A stretch of DNA of 64,000 bases from Rhynchobatus australiae (lineage: Eukaryota). This document shows positions 53,001 to 64,000 of the stretch, in pieces (position 1 is the stretch's first letter; each line of letters starts with the position of its first letter). The notes beneath the pieces were generated by a model. That model worked only from the letters and a program-made list of their open reading frames with translations. It was not told where the DNA came from and did not search any database. The stretch is from contig JAUZTB010000107.1 in assembly GCA_034780895.1 (NCBI GenBank), forward strand, positions 20,859,892 to 20,923,891, read 5' to 3'. The translations under genes and the position numbers were made by a program.

Positions 53001-53656
53001 TTTGTGGAATCATGTACAAGGATAGTTAACTGCCGCATTTCCCTGTGGAACTATAAATGGATCTCATGAGTAATCCATTCAATGTAATGTACTATGATAC
53101 TGGAGTAAAGTGTCTTCTATAGATACACAAATAATACATTCCAGCAATGAAGTGCACAAGTGAGACCTCAATAAATGGAACAAGGCTCAGTTCAGTGGCA
53201 TGGTCATTCAGATTATTATGATTGACAAAAAGACCAGGAAAAATCTGTCAAAAACCACAATGCAGCAGAATCCATCCAGCTTGCCAGATGATTGTAGGAC
53301 TCCAAACATATTGCAATGAGATATATGCAAAAAAGACATAACATCCCTAAATAGAGTTTTGACCTCGGGTGTTCCTACGAGGATAGGTTTCAATTGTTCC
53401 AATATCTATTCAAGGGGACTGTATGTATCAATCTTAGTCACTGTTTAGTTTGACACAGCAAATTCAAATGGAAACAAAGCATAAAAGATGGTTAAGACAG
53501 GCAAATGCTAATTAATAATTGAAGATAACAGAAGAAATCCTATTCATAGACAAAATTCAAGTGAATAATCACTGTACTTGTTCTGTTTTTAATCCTTAAC
53601 CAGCAAGTTGTGAAATCATCACTACAGGTCGAACTAATGTCAGAAGAAGAAGTGGT

Positions 53657-54205
53657 ATAAGAACACAAGAAGAAATAGGAGCAGGAGTAGGCCACCTGGC
53701 CCGTCGAGCCTGCTCTGCCATTCAATAAGATCATAGCTGATCTGGCTGTGGACCCAGACCCACCTACCTGCCTTTTCCCCATAACCCTTAAATCCCCTAC
53801 TATGCAAAAATTTAACTGTCTTAAATATTTAATGAGATAGCCTCTACTGCTTCCCTGGGCAGAGAATTCTACAGATTCACTACTCTCTGGGAAAGGCAGT
53901 TTCTCCTCATCTGTCCTAAATCTATTCCCCTGAATCTTGAGGCTAATGTGCCCTAGTTCTCGTCTCAATTACCAGTGGAAATAATCTCCCTGCCTCTATC
54001 TTATCCCTTTCATAATTTTGTGTTTCTGCAAGATCCCCTCTCATTCCTCTGAATTCCAGCAAGTATACTCCCAGGCGCCTCAATCTCTCCTCATAGTCTA
54101 ACCCCCTCATCTGAATCAACCTGTTGAAGCTCCCCTGCACTGCCTCCAAAGACAGTATATCCTTCCTCAAGGAGACGAGAACTGCATGCAGCACAGTATT
54201 CACAA
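53657..54205 (-). mobile_element. CR1 LINE 3' fragment
   Basis: LRKDILSLEAVQGSFNRLI...GLDYEERLRRLGVYLLEFRGMRGDL...TRAH and a tail ending CCTGCTCCTATTTCTT...GTGTTCTTAT. Confidence 0.85.
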
Positions 54206-54704
54206 TGAACATGCTGGTGAGCAATTTGCTTCACTGCACAAGGCAATGCAACAAGAGCTGGATAACTGTAGATTTTGCTAATATTGCAGAATGAGCAGCA
54301 CCATTCGTCAGTAGTATTTGCAGTGGAGCAATCTGACAAATAGAGATCAGTACCTTTCAGCATTGGTTCTGCTGATAATGTCAAAGCATTGAAAGCCAGA
54401 ATGCAGGAAACAAGGAAAGCTATGTGAACCTGGAACCATACTAGGGAGAGTCAGTGCAGACAGTTGAATCTTCAAAACAGTTCAATCTTTTGTGTACAGG
54501 ATCATCCACTTCTTGTTCAAACACAATGAAAATAAATAGTCAACTGGGTCTTAAACACACTCATTCTTTTCCTCTGTCAATGGACAATCCAAAAGCTCCC
54601 CATCCCTCACAGGAGGAATATTCAAAAGAGGTAAAAGTAGGCAAGGCCTAAGAATTTCCTCATTTAATCATTTCTATAGGGGAACATTTAGGATTAGCAC
54701 AGAA

Positions 54705-54990
54705 CTAAGGCATCCATCACTAAGGGCCGTCACCATCCAGGACATGCCCTCTTCTCATTACTACCATCGGGGAAGTGATAAAGGAGCCTGAAGGCCCACA
54801 CTCAATGATTCAGAAACAACTTCTTCCCCTCACCATCAGATTTCTGAACGGTCCATGAACACTACCTCGTTATTCCTTTTTTTTGCACTATTTTTGTAAT
54901 TTATAATAATTTTAAGTCTTTGCATCGTACTGCTGCCACAAGTCATCAAATTTCACATCATACAAGTCAATGACGACATCTGATTTTGTC
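54705..54990 (+). mobile_element. Rex1/Babar LINE 3' fragment
   Basis: Highly similar to 240-520. Confidence 0.8.
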
Positions 54991-57900
54991 AAGAATCTGA
55001 AATTATCAACTAAACACAAGGGAAGGTGCAGTACCCTATTATTTTAATATCACACACACAATTTAAAGATATGGACACAGACTTAAGTATTTTAAGATAA
55101 TCATTCACATGTAATAAAGGAAAACACTTAAAATTAGAACCCAAAAAATCAAAAATTTTTAAATATCAAAGATATGCATGGTTTTCTGTTTAAATAAAAA
55201 TCACATGCAAATCCTCAGGGGACGGAATTTCTCTCAGGGAGAGATGAGTGGTGGTGGTGAGGCAGGCTGTCAGAGGGGAGGTGGACTGATTCAGTATAGA
55301 GCGCACGGGTGGGGTGTGGGCAAGAAAGAACACGAGTTATCGGTCATTTAGAAGGAACATATATCTTGGAAACCAACTTTGCATACTTTCTTTCCAAATT
55401 CATAAAGAATCCAAGATTTCCTCCAGAAGTTATTAACGGACCCAGAAAAAAAGCAATAATACAAGTAATGTTTTACTGACTGTCATACAATGTGAATATT
55501 GAACAAATAACTAAATGGTAATTTGGATATTATCAACCACAAGTTGTGTCATCTTTTTAGTAAGTGTGTCCACTTTCATAGACATTATTCTTTGTTCTCT
55601 CCAACCCTCACCCTTCTTTGTAACATAAAATGTTTAATTTCTAACTTTTCTCAATTCTAATCAAAGGTTATTGACTGGAAACATTAGTTGGTTTTCTCTG
55701 TCCAATGATACTGCCTTGTCTGCTGAGATTCCAATATTTGCAGTATCTTTTGCTTTTTAATAAGGCCTAATCAACGTTGTATTTAACACAAGAAATCCCA
55801 CATGTCAAAGATGATGATGCATGAAGAAATTTCTAACCAAAGTAATCTGGGATTTAATGGCTATGTATAATAATTCAAGTGATGTACCTTGAGTTCACTT
55901 TCACTCAAGTGCTACTTAGAAATTCCACAGCAGCTGATGATATTGTGAAAGCTTAATATACTGCCTTCAGCTGTGGATCAGATAAATGATTTGCTATGCC
56001 AATCACTTGTGCTGGCAAGGAGCAAGCCCTCTATCTGCTACATGTGACTGGTGCCATAGCCACACTCTTCCATTGTTTCTGCTTGGTCTATGATGTATTC
56101 AGCATCGATTAAAAACCCAAAATGCCAAGGACAGTTAATTTTTTTGGCTGTTATCCAACCTACCTATGATAGCATTAAACATCTGATACCATTACAATGT
56201 TAGCTTTGAATAATGGAAATAATGTAGAAACAGTAAATTTGTTAATAACTGGTTAAATGTGAATGCATAAAATTAATGCTCTTTCATACATAATTATCAT
56301 GTTGTTTTGATGCATTATAGCTCAAAATTGATCCCACTTTTTGAAGAGAGNNNNNNNNNNNNNNNNNNNNNNNNNNNNNNNNNNNNNNNNNNNNNNNNNN
56401 NNNNNNNNNNNNNNNNNNNNNNNNNNNNNNNNNNNNNNNNNNNNNNNNNNNNNNNNNNNNNNNNNNNNNNNNNNNNNNNNNNNNNNNNNNNNNNNNNNNN
56501 NNNNNNNNNNNNNNNNNNNNNNNNNNNNNNNNNNNNNNNNNNNNNNNNNNNNNNNNNNNNNNNNNNNNNNNNNNNNNNNNNNNNNNNNNNNNNNNNNNNN
56601 NNNNNNNNNNNNNNNNNNNNNNNNNNNNNNNNNNNNNNNNNNNNNNNNNNNNNNNNNNNNNNNNNNNNNNNNNNNNNNNNNNNNNNNNNNNNNNNNNNNN
56701 NNNNNNNNNNNNNNNNNNNNNNNNNNNNNNNNNNNNNNNNNNNNNNNNNNNNNNNNNNNNNNNNNNNNNNNNNNNNNNNNNNNNNNNNNNNNNNNNNNNN
56801 NNNNNNNNNNNNNNNNNNNNNNNNNNNNNNNNNNNNNNNNNNNNNNNNNNNNNNNNNNNNNNNNNNNNNNNNNNNNNNNNNNNNNNNNNNNNNNNNNNNN
56901 NNNNNNNNNNNNNNNNNNNNNNNNNNNNNNNNNNNNNNNNNNNNNNNNNNNNNNNNNNNNNNNNNNNNNNNNNNNNNNNNNNNNNNNNNNNNNNNNNNNN
57001 NNNNNNNNNNNNNNNNNNNNNNNNNNNNNNNNNNNNNNNNNNNNNNNNNNNNNNNNNNNNNNNNNNNNNNNNNNNNNNNNNNNNGTGACTAATAAATATC
57101 TTAATATCTTAAATATATCAGTAGACTGGGAAGCATGCATTTTCTATATGTTCAAAAGAACCATATTAAATTATTTAACTTGAAGGGAATATTTCAAAAT
57201 CTTGTACAAAAATGAAATCTCTGGTAAATACAATTATCTGACATGGGAAAGTAATTTAAAAAGCTTACCTGTACCAATATTTTCCAACAGCTGTCCCAAG
57301 AATGAAATTAGTTAGGGCCATCTCAGGCTAATGCACTCACCTGGAGTGCTCTGGTGCTTAAAACTGATGTATAACAACACGTGCACTGGATTCAATTTCC
57401 AACACCCCTTGGACTTCACTTGGAGTCAGCAAGTACACAAACAAATGGAAAACTATGCAACATTTACTGTCAGGGTATTTGTGAAATTATGTAAGAACGA
57501 AAACACTGGAAACATTCAATAGCTTAATTAGCATCATTAGAAAGATAAAAGCAGAGTTAGCATTTCAGGGTTCTAATAGTTGTAAAACATGTTAATACTA
57601 CCACCTTCTCAGTGGACACTGCCTGAGCAGAATGTTCCCAGCATTTCTTGATGTATTTCAGATTTCTTACAGAGACAGATACAGTATAGAAATAGGCCCT
57701 GCAACTCTGAGTCCACACTGACCACTGACTACGCATTTACACTACTCCTACATTAATTCCATTTTTAATCTTCCCACAATCTCATCAAGTTCTCTCTCTC
57801 TCTCCCCCCCCCCCACATCTATAGTATTTTACATGTTCTCCTTCATATACTACAAAGAGACACTAATGTTGCCCAGTCCAGTCATCTTCCTTCACTTGTT

Positions 57901-60083
57901 CACTCTTGCTTCTAAAAATCTTGGAACTCTTAATATTTTTAAATTAATCTATAGTACTGATGAAATAATTCAATTAACTTTCTTGAAAATAATAATGAAT
58001 ACATTATTGTATTTGTTACCATTACCACAGCTGACTTTCAATATTAAGTTGGAATTGCAATAAAGCTGATGTTTTAATATGGGATCTCATTAGAAAAATA
58101 GATTATGCATGCACTCATGATCAAAATCTAAAACTGATTTTCAATAAAAATTTGCAATGAAAACCATAATTCATAACCACACACCATTCAAAGCATTTTC
58201 TATACCCAAGAAATTAAGTAGCAGGAGAAGTGATCTAGTCTAAATTAATGCCAAAACTTTAGCTGGACATTTCTTTAAAAGAAAAATGATCAAAATATTT
58301 GTCACTTTACATAATTTCAATGGCCTTCAGGACCTGATAGGACAATATACCTTTATACATTCAAAACCAATACACAAATGCAGTTTTTAAAGAATTCATG
58401 GAAGAAAGATTTTTTTTTATAATTCTAAGAAAACTAAACAAATTGTAATTCACAAATGGGGGTACAAAACTATGTGCTCAGAGTGCCATTTAAATCTTGT
58501 ACATTAACTGGAAAAATATCACCAATTGTCAGTTAATTATGGAAAATAATTGCAATTAGAACATTTTGAATGCAGGAATATTGCTTGGTAAATATTTTTT
58601 AAAATTACTGTTCTATGCAGACTTTATTTTGAACACTGAATTATTAATACATAAAATTAGAACAGATGTTTCAAATTCTTAAATAATTGGCAATCTCAGG
58701 GAAAGGTGCTCCACTCCTGCATTGTGTTAAGCAGCAACTCTTGTGATACCTTCTGTTAAGTAGCTGGTGAAGATTAATCAGCCCATTGTAAAATTTTACT
58801 TTTCAAAGATGGGAGTCACAACAAAAAGAGTTCAATGTGCAAAGTTGCTGAAATACAGATGGCTGCCTAAGTACAAGAAACACGGTAAACACCAGCTTTT
58901 GCTACGTCGCACCAACTCATCTGCGGATAATATTTAAAGAGGCAACTGCATTTAGTCTTTGCTCTTAACCCTGTAAGTTGGTGTTCAGAACCACAGGCTG
59001 GATGTCTCTAACAACACCCAATACCTATCATGCACCTGCCCAAGTCCTTGAATACTAGTGCTGTTTATGAGAACTTAAGCATTTTTCCAAGCACTGAGAG
59101 CACAAAGTTTTTTTCAAAGTAAAGTCACCTTAAAAATTAAAGTGAGCTTTGAGGAGAAGGACAGTGGTTTCTTTGTTTAAAAAAAATGGTGGCCTTTAAA
59201 CAAATCACTTTATAAATATTATGGAAATTTACACAACAGCATAACTGGATCAGTTCTAGTGCTCCAGCCAGGATTTTCATGGCAAAGTATATCTAGCACA
59301 GAAATAATTGTAACCCATAAGACATTAATTAGAACATCCTAAATATTTTTCTTAACAATTTATAAACTAGTAGGAAAATGATGGTATGGTTACAACTGTG
59401 ATAAATGGATAGAAAATATTCAAATGAATGAGCTGCACAAAGCTTATTGAAAACCATGTTAGGCAATTCTATTGAAAACTAACTGGAGCACTGGTGTTTT
59501 AGCATTTTTCACATGCAGACATCTCAAAGATACAACAGTGTAAAAATATTAAAATATTCAACAGTCCTTAAACAGGAGTTGTAGCCTCCAGTGACCTTCC
59601 TAGTATTGCATCAAGGAGATACACAGCTAAGTATCCAGCTTGTTACATGCAAGTCTTCATTGTCGAAACATGTGTGAAAGAGACCAGTCTTCTAGAGGAG
59701 CTCTGAGTTCTCCATTTTTGGTGAAATAAGATGCTAGGGGAGCAGACTTGTATATTTGTAATATTTTGTGAAAACTAAAAAGACTAATTAAAAACAAATT
59801 ACACTAAAATACAAAAGCTTTGGTACACTCGATAAATTTTCCATATAAACTTGATATCATTTTATGAACAGAAGATGAGCTCTTCCACATATGCCTTTAG
59901 TATTTAGTGATGAGCCAAAAGCAGTGCACTAAAGCATTTGTATATGAAATGAAAATGTGCAATGATAACCAATAAATTAAAAAATGGGCTAATAAAGCAG
60001 GCTTCCTGCAGAAATATAAAATGGACTAAGACAGCAAGAGAAGATGGGATGATTAGTTTAAATACAAAAGAACAAATACAAAC

Positions 60084-60182
60084 AGATGGACAAAGACACA
60101 GGTCCACTGAGGAATCTGGTACGAGGTTTGCTATTAGATTTATAGGTCACTCTCTCAGACGTTTGGTGGAAAACCGTCCAGC
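60084..60182 (-). CDS. WNK2: WNK2 internal exon (99 nt, phase 1/1)
   Basis: Acceptor TTTGCAG|GC. Encodes (G)WTVFHQTSERVTYKSNSKPRTRFLSGPVSLSI, matching the WNK2 segment GWTVYHPTSERVTYKSSSKPRARFLSGPVSVSI as recalled. The donor T|GTTTGT is weak. Confidence 0.88.
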
Positions 60183-61099
60183 CTGCAAATGAATATAAAG
60201 GGGAAAAAAACAAGACACTAGTAAAGTATTTGTAGTAGTGANNNNNNNNNNACATATCAGCATATCTTTTATAAATCCATTGCTATTTCTTAAGTCCTTC
60301 AGCTGAGTGAAGTCTGGAAGTGGATATTGTGGACCTGAATGCTGTAGTTAAAAAAATAAAATTGATCATGTGCAAATAGATGTAATGGGGTGGGGAGGGG
60401 AAAGCAAATTTAATTTTCATATCAACAAGGTTTAAAAACTAAGAAGAGTTACTGAAAACTTACTGAACACAAATAGGTTCGTTTGGACATCTGTTAAGTG
60501 TTTCACATTATTTAATCTTAATCTGCTACCTTATTACTAAATGTTGAGCCAGATCAGAATATAAGCAATGGTTATAATATCAGTTAAAATGAAAAGATGT
60601 TAAATTTGATTTTAGTGAACTTGTAAACATAACCACTTTGTAAATTTTATTTCTTAAAAAAGGATTTTAAACATTTTGAAACACTTTGAACTGAATTTTG
60701 CAATAAGGAAACATAGCATTCATCATCATTACACCATGAAATAAGCAACATTAGCAACACCATACATGCATGGTTTAGTGCAGAAATTAAGTTTGATTCA
60801 ATGCTCCTCCATAGGTTTCACTCTTTTGCAGCCTTCCCTATCCTATTTGTATAATATTATAAATTTCTATGTCCAGCAATTTTAATGGCTTTAAACATCC
60901 CGGACTATCAGATATATTAAAAAATGTAATAATCCCATCAGCTTGTCAGACATAAATCTGTCAAAGGCTGTCTGGACTTTCTGGGATGGAGCCGCAGGGT
61001 GACAATCCCTTCAATATCCAATTCCCAGATGCAGAGGGTCACTATGATCAATCCTCTGAATCTGGGTCAGATAACTAGATAATTGGTGGGGGTGAGGGG

Positions 61100-61100
<1 letters not shown>

Positions 61101-61174
<74 letters not shown>
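61101..61174 (+). repeat. (TG)n microsatellite, at least 37 units, running into a gap
   Basis: Directly visible. Confidence 0.97.
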
Positions 61175-62039
61175 NNNNNNNNNNNNNNNNNNNNNNNNNN
61201 NNNNNNNNNNNNNNNNNNNNNNNNNNNNNNNNNNNNNNNNNNNNNNNNNNNNNNNNNNNNNNNNNNNNNNNNNNNNNNNNNNNNNNNNNNNNNNNNNNNN
61301 NNNNNNNNNNNNNNNNNNNNNNNNNNNNNNNNNNNNNNNNNNNNNNNNNNNNNNNNNNNNNNNNNNNNNNNNNNNNNNNNNNNNNNNNNNNNNNNNNNNN
61401 NNNNNNNNNNNNNNNNNNNNNNNNNNNNNNNNNNNNNNNNNNNNNNNNNNNNNNNNNNNNNNNNNNNNNNNNNNNNNNNNNNNNNNNNNNNNNNNNNNNN
61501 NNNNNNNNNNNNNNNNNNNNNNNNNNNNNNNNNNNNNNNNNNNNNNNNNNNNNNNNNNNNNNNNNNNNNNNNNNNNNNNNNNNNNNNNNNNNNNNNNNNN
61601 NNNNNNNNNNNNNNNNNNNNNNNNNNNNNNNNNNNNNNNNNNNNNNNNNNNNNNNNNNNNNNNNNNNNNNNNNNNNNNNNNNNNNNNNNNNNNNNNNNNN
61701 NNNNNNNNNNNNNNNNNNNNNNNNNNNNNNNNNNNNNNNNNNNNNNNNNNNNNNNNNNNNNNNNNNNNNNNNNNNGAACACATGGATTTGGAGACATTTT
61801 TATTCAATATTAAGCATAACTATTCTCTATAATCAGCATGATAAACAGGTAAATCAACATTTTGCTTTAAATTTTTTCAATAAACTAGAAATACACATTA
61901 AATGCAACTTGGAATCACTTATTGTTGCTTTGCTCAAATTCAGTATCTTATAGGAAATCTGATCTAATACATTGCCATGGTGCCAAGGAAACTATGCCAT
62001 ATTAACTTTAGGTAGTATTCCAATGTAGGTAGTAATGCA

Positions 62040-64000
62040 ATGGTTATTTTGCTGCATGACTGAAAGAGACCTTGTGAAGTGATCTAGTTCAAATCACACA
62101 ATAGAAGCTGGGAAATTTACAATCAATTAACTAAATACAGCTGGATAAAAAGTTACTATCAGCAGTACTGGATCCTAACAAAAGCTCATGCGCTTTTGGG
62201 AAGGAAATCCACCAATCCACCATATATTCTATATGAGGCTCCAGCCACTCAGCAAGTAGTCAACCCTTAAATACCCTAATGGTATGACTTACCAAGCCAG
62301 TCAGATGTTTAAAAACCACCATGGGAACCAGACCACCTGCCATGGACTGAAGCATCAGATTCAGAAATAAATGCAACCCAGAGTTTGAAGAACTTGCATC
62401 AAAATTGAAGCAGTCCCACAAGCTAGTCAATGAACAGAATCATGACTAAGCCAATGCCTCTCATCATATTCCTGCATACGTCTTCTACCATCAACACAAG
62501 AGTTCTAACAGAGGTGGCAGCACAGTGGCATAAGTAGGGAAGCAGTAGCCCTGACGTCACCAACATTGAGTTTTGATATCAAGAATCCTCAGTACATCAT
62601 AGACAAAGTTTCTGATAACCAAAGACTATGCTTCCACAGCTAGCGCTCCTCAACATTGAACACCACCTGGAAGCAGTACAGAATGCACCCTGTTGAAGGA
62701 CTTCAATATTCATTATATGGACAGTGTCACCATTGGCAGAGTGAGCCAAGTGTTCACAACATAGCTGCAAAATCAGACTGTGGCTGTTGGCAAGGGGACC
62801 AACATGAAATAAAAACCCACAACCTTGTCCTCATCAATCTACTTGCCACAGACACATTAGTCAATGAGGGTTTTGAAGGAGAGATCACTGCACAGTCCTT
62901 ATTTAGCAAAGGCCCCACCTTCTTACTGAAGATGCCCTTCATCGTGCTCCATGTCACTGACTTTGTACAAATAGCTTAGATTCAGGACAGTTACAGCAGT
63001 TCAAAACAGAATACCTGAGGAGATAGCATGGATCAGAAGGTGCAGAACTACTATCAACTATAACCTCACGGTCTGGCGTATTTTTCATCCTACCATTACC
63101 ATTAAGCTAGGAGATGAATTCTGATTCACTACAGTGTGGAAGAGCATACCAAAAGGACATCACTGGTTAGTACTCTAGTATTCCTGAAGCTAAAAGACTG
63201 AATGCATGCTAAACAGCTCCTGCAGCATACTAATGATCCCCCGCCACTGATCAAATCAAAGCTCTACAATGCTACCTCAGAGGAAGCAGCTGCTCCAGAG
63301 TCTACTTATCCTCACATTTAACAAACTCAGCAGACAAAAGTTACAGCATTTGAAATCTTCAAGCTGTGCAAAAGGATGATCCACCTTCACCTCCCTTGGT
63401 CTCCACTTACAGAGCCAAACTTAAGCTAATTTGATTGATCTCAAGTAGTAGTAAGAAATGCTTATAACAATACAGAAAAGATTGACCTTGAAACACCTAA
63501 GTTGTACTGCTGAAGACCTGAACTCCAGAACTACTAGCAATTCTAGTCAAACTATTCCAGTACAATAATACTGTGACTTTTCCTATGAAGTAGAGTACTG
63601 TCCATATTATGTTTTGTTTGCACAAAGTAGAAAGAAATCCAGTCTAACCAAATATTGGCCAATCAACCTATTTGCAATCATCAATATGATGTGCCAAATT
63701 TGCTCCCTAAGTAGTGCTTACTCGCAAATAGCTTGAACCCTGGTAAAACAGAAGTTAATGGGAATNNNNNNNNNNNNNNNNNNNNNNNNNNCTTCATTAA
63801 CTTCAGTTATCTCATTAACTTCAGTTATCTCTAGCATTAAGAAAGATAGTTGTGGTTGCTGGAGGACAATTATTCAGTTCCAGAGTATTGCTTCAGGAAT
63901 TGCTCAGAACAATGTCCTAGACCCAACTACTTCCAATTGGTCTAACAATGATTCTCTTTCCATTACCTGGTCAGAAGTGGAAAGGATTACTGATGACAGT
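62040..64000 (+). mobile_element. Ancient CR1/L2-group LINE remnant (5' end, endonuclease, RT), same family as 10680-12450
   Basis: IPAYVF...RGGSTV endonuclease-like remnant near 62465-62530. RT remnant SGIAQNNVLDPT...SEVERITDD at 63890-64000 matches the reverse complement of about 11470-11580. Confidence 0.65.

Noticed and set aside
60252-60341. Possible extra WNK2 exon (acceptor-like TTTTTTTAACTACAG, open frame GPQYPLPDFTQLKDLRNSNGFIKD)
   Set aside because: No credible donor is visible before the gap, it lies very close to the next acceptor, and I recognise no homology.
63794-63831. Short tandem duplication TCATTAACTTCAGTTATC x2
   Set aside because: It lies directly beside a gap in a decayed LINE, so it is either an artefact or trivial slippage.

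Overview
AT-rich vertebrate genomic DNA from a gapped scaffold. The repeat content (CR1, Rex1/Babar, Penelope-like ends, HE1-type SINE) suggests a cartilaginous fish, which is an inference. Two intron-containing genes lie in tandem on the minus strand. (1) The 3' end of a WNK kinase gene, most likely WNK2: exons at 60084-60182, 47151-47192, 46317-46591, a candidate cassette at 46053-46112, the terminal coding exon at 45382-45735, and a probable 3' UTR to about 43760. (2) The 5' end of FAM120A: CpG-island promoter at about 27000-27930, coding exon 1 at 27105-27578, a 22.3-kb intron 1, and exon 2 at 4604-4850. The rest is intronic or intergenic DNA dense in decayed transposons. I found no convincing new multi-gene system. 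The best leads are a ~1.6-kb fold-back (palindromic) Tc1 derivative about 0.6 kb inside FAM120A intron 1, a WNK1-like C-terminal tail on this WNK2, frame-preserving micro/cassette exons in WNK2, and two candidate uORFs before the FAM120A start codon. Homologies were recognised from memory, not by database search, and repeat boundaries are approximate.
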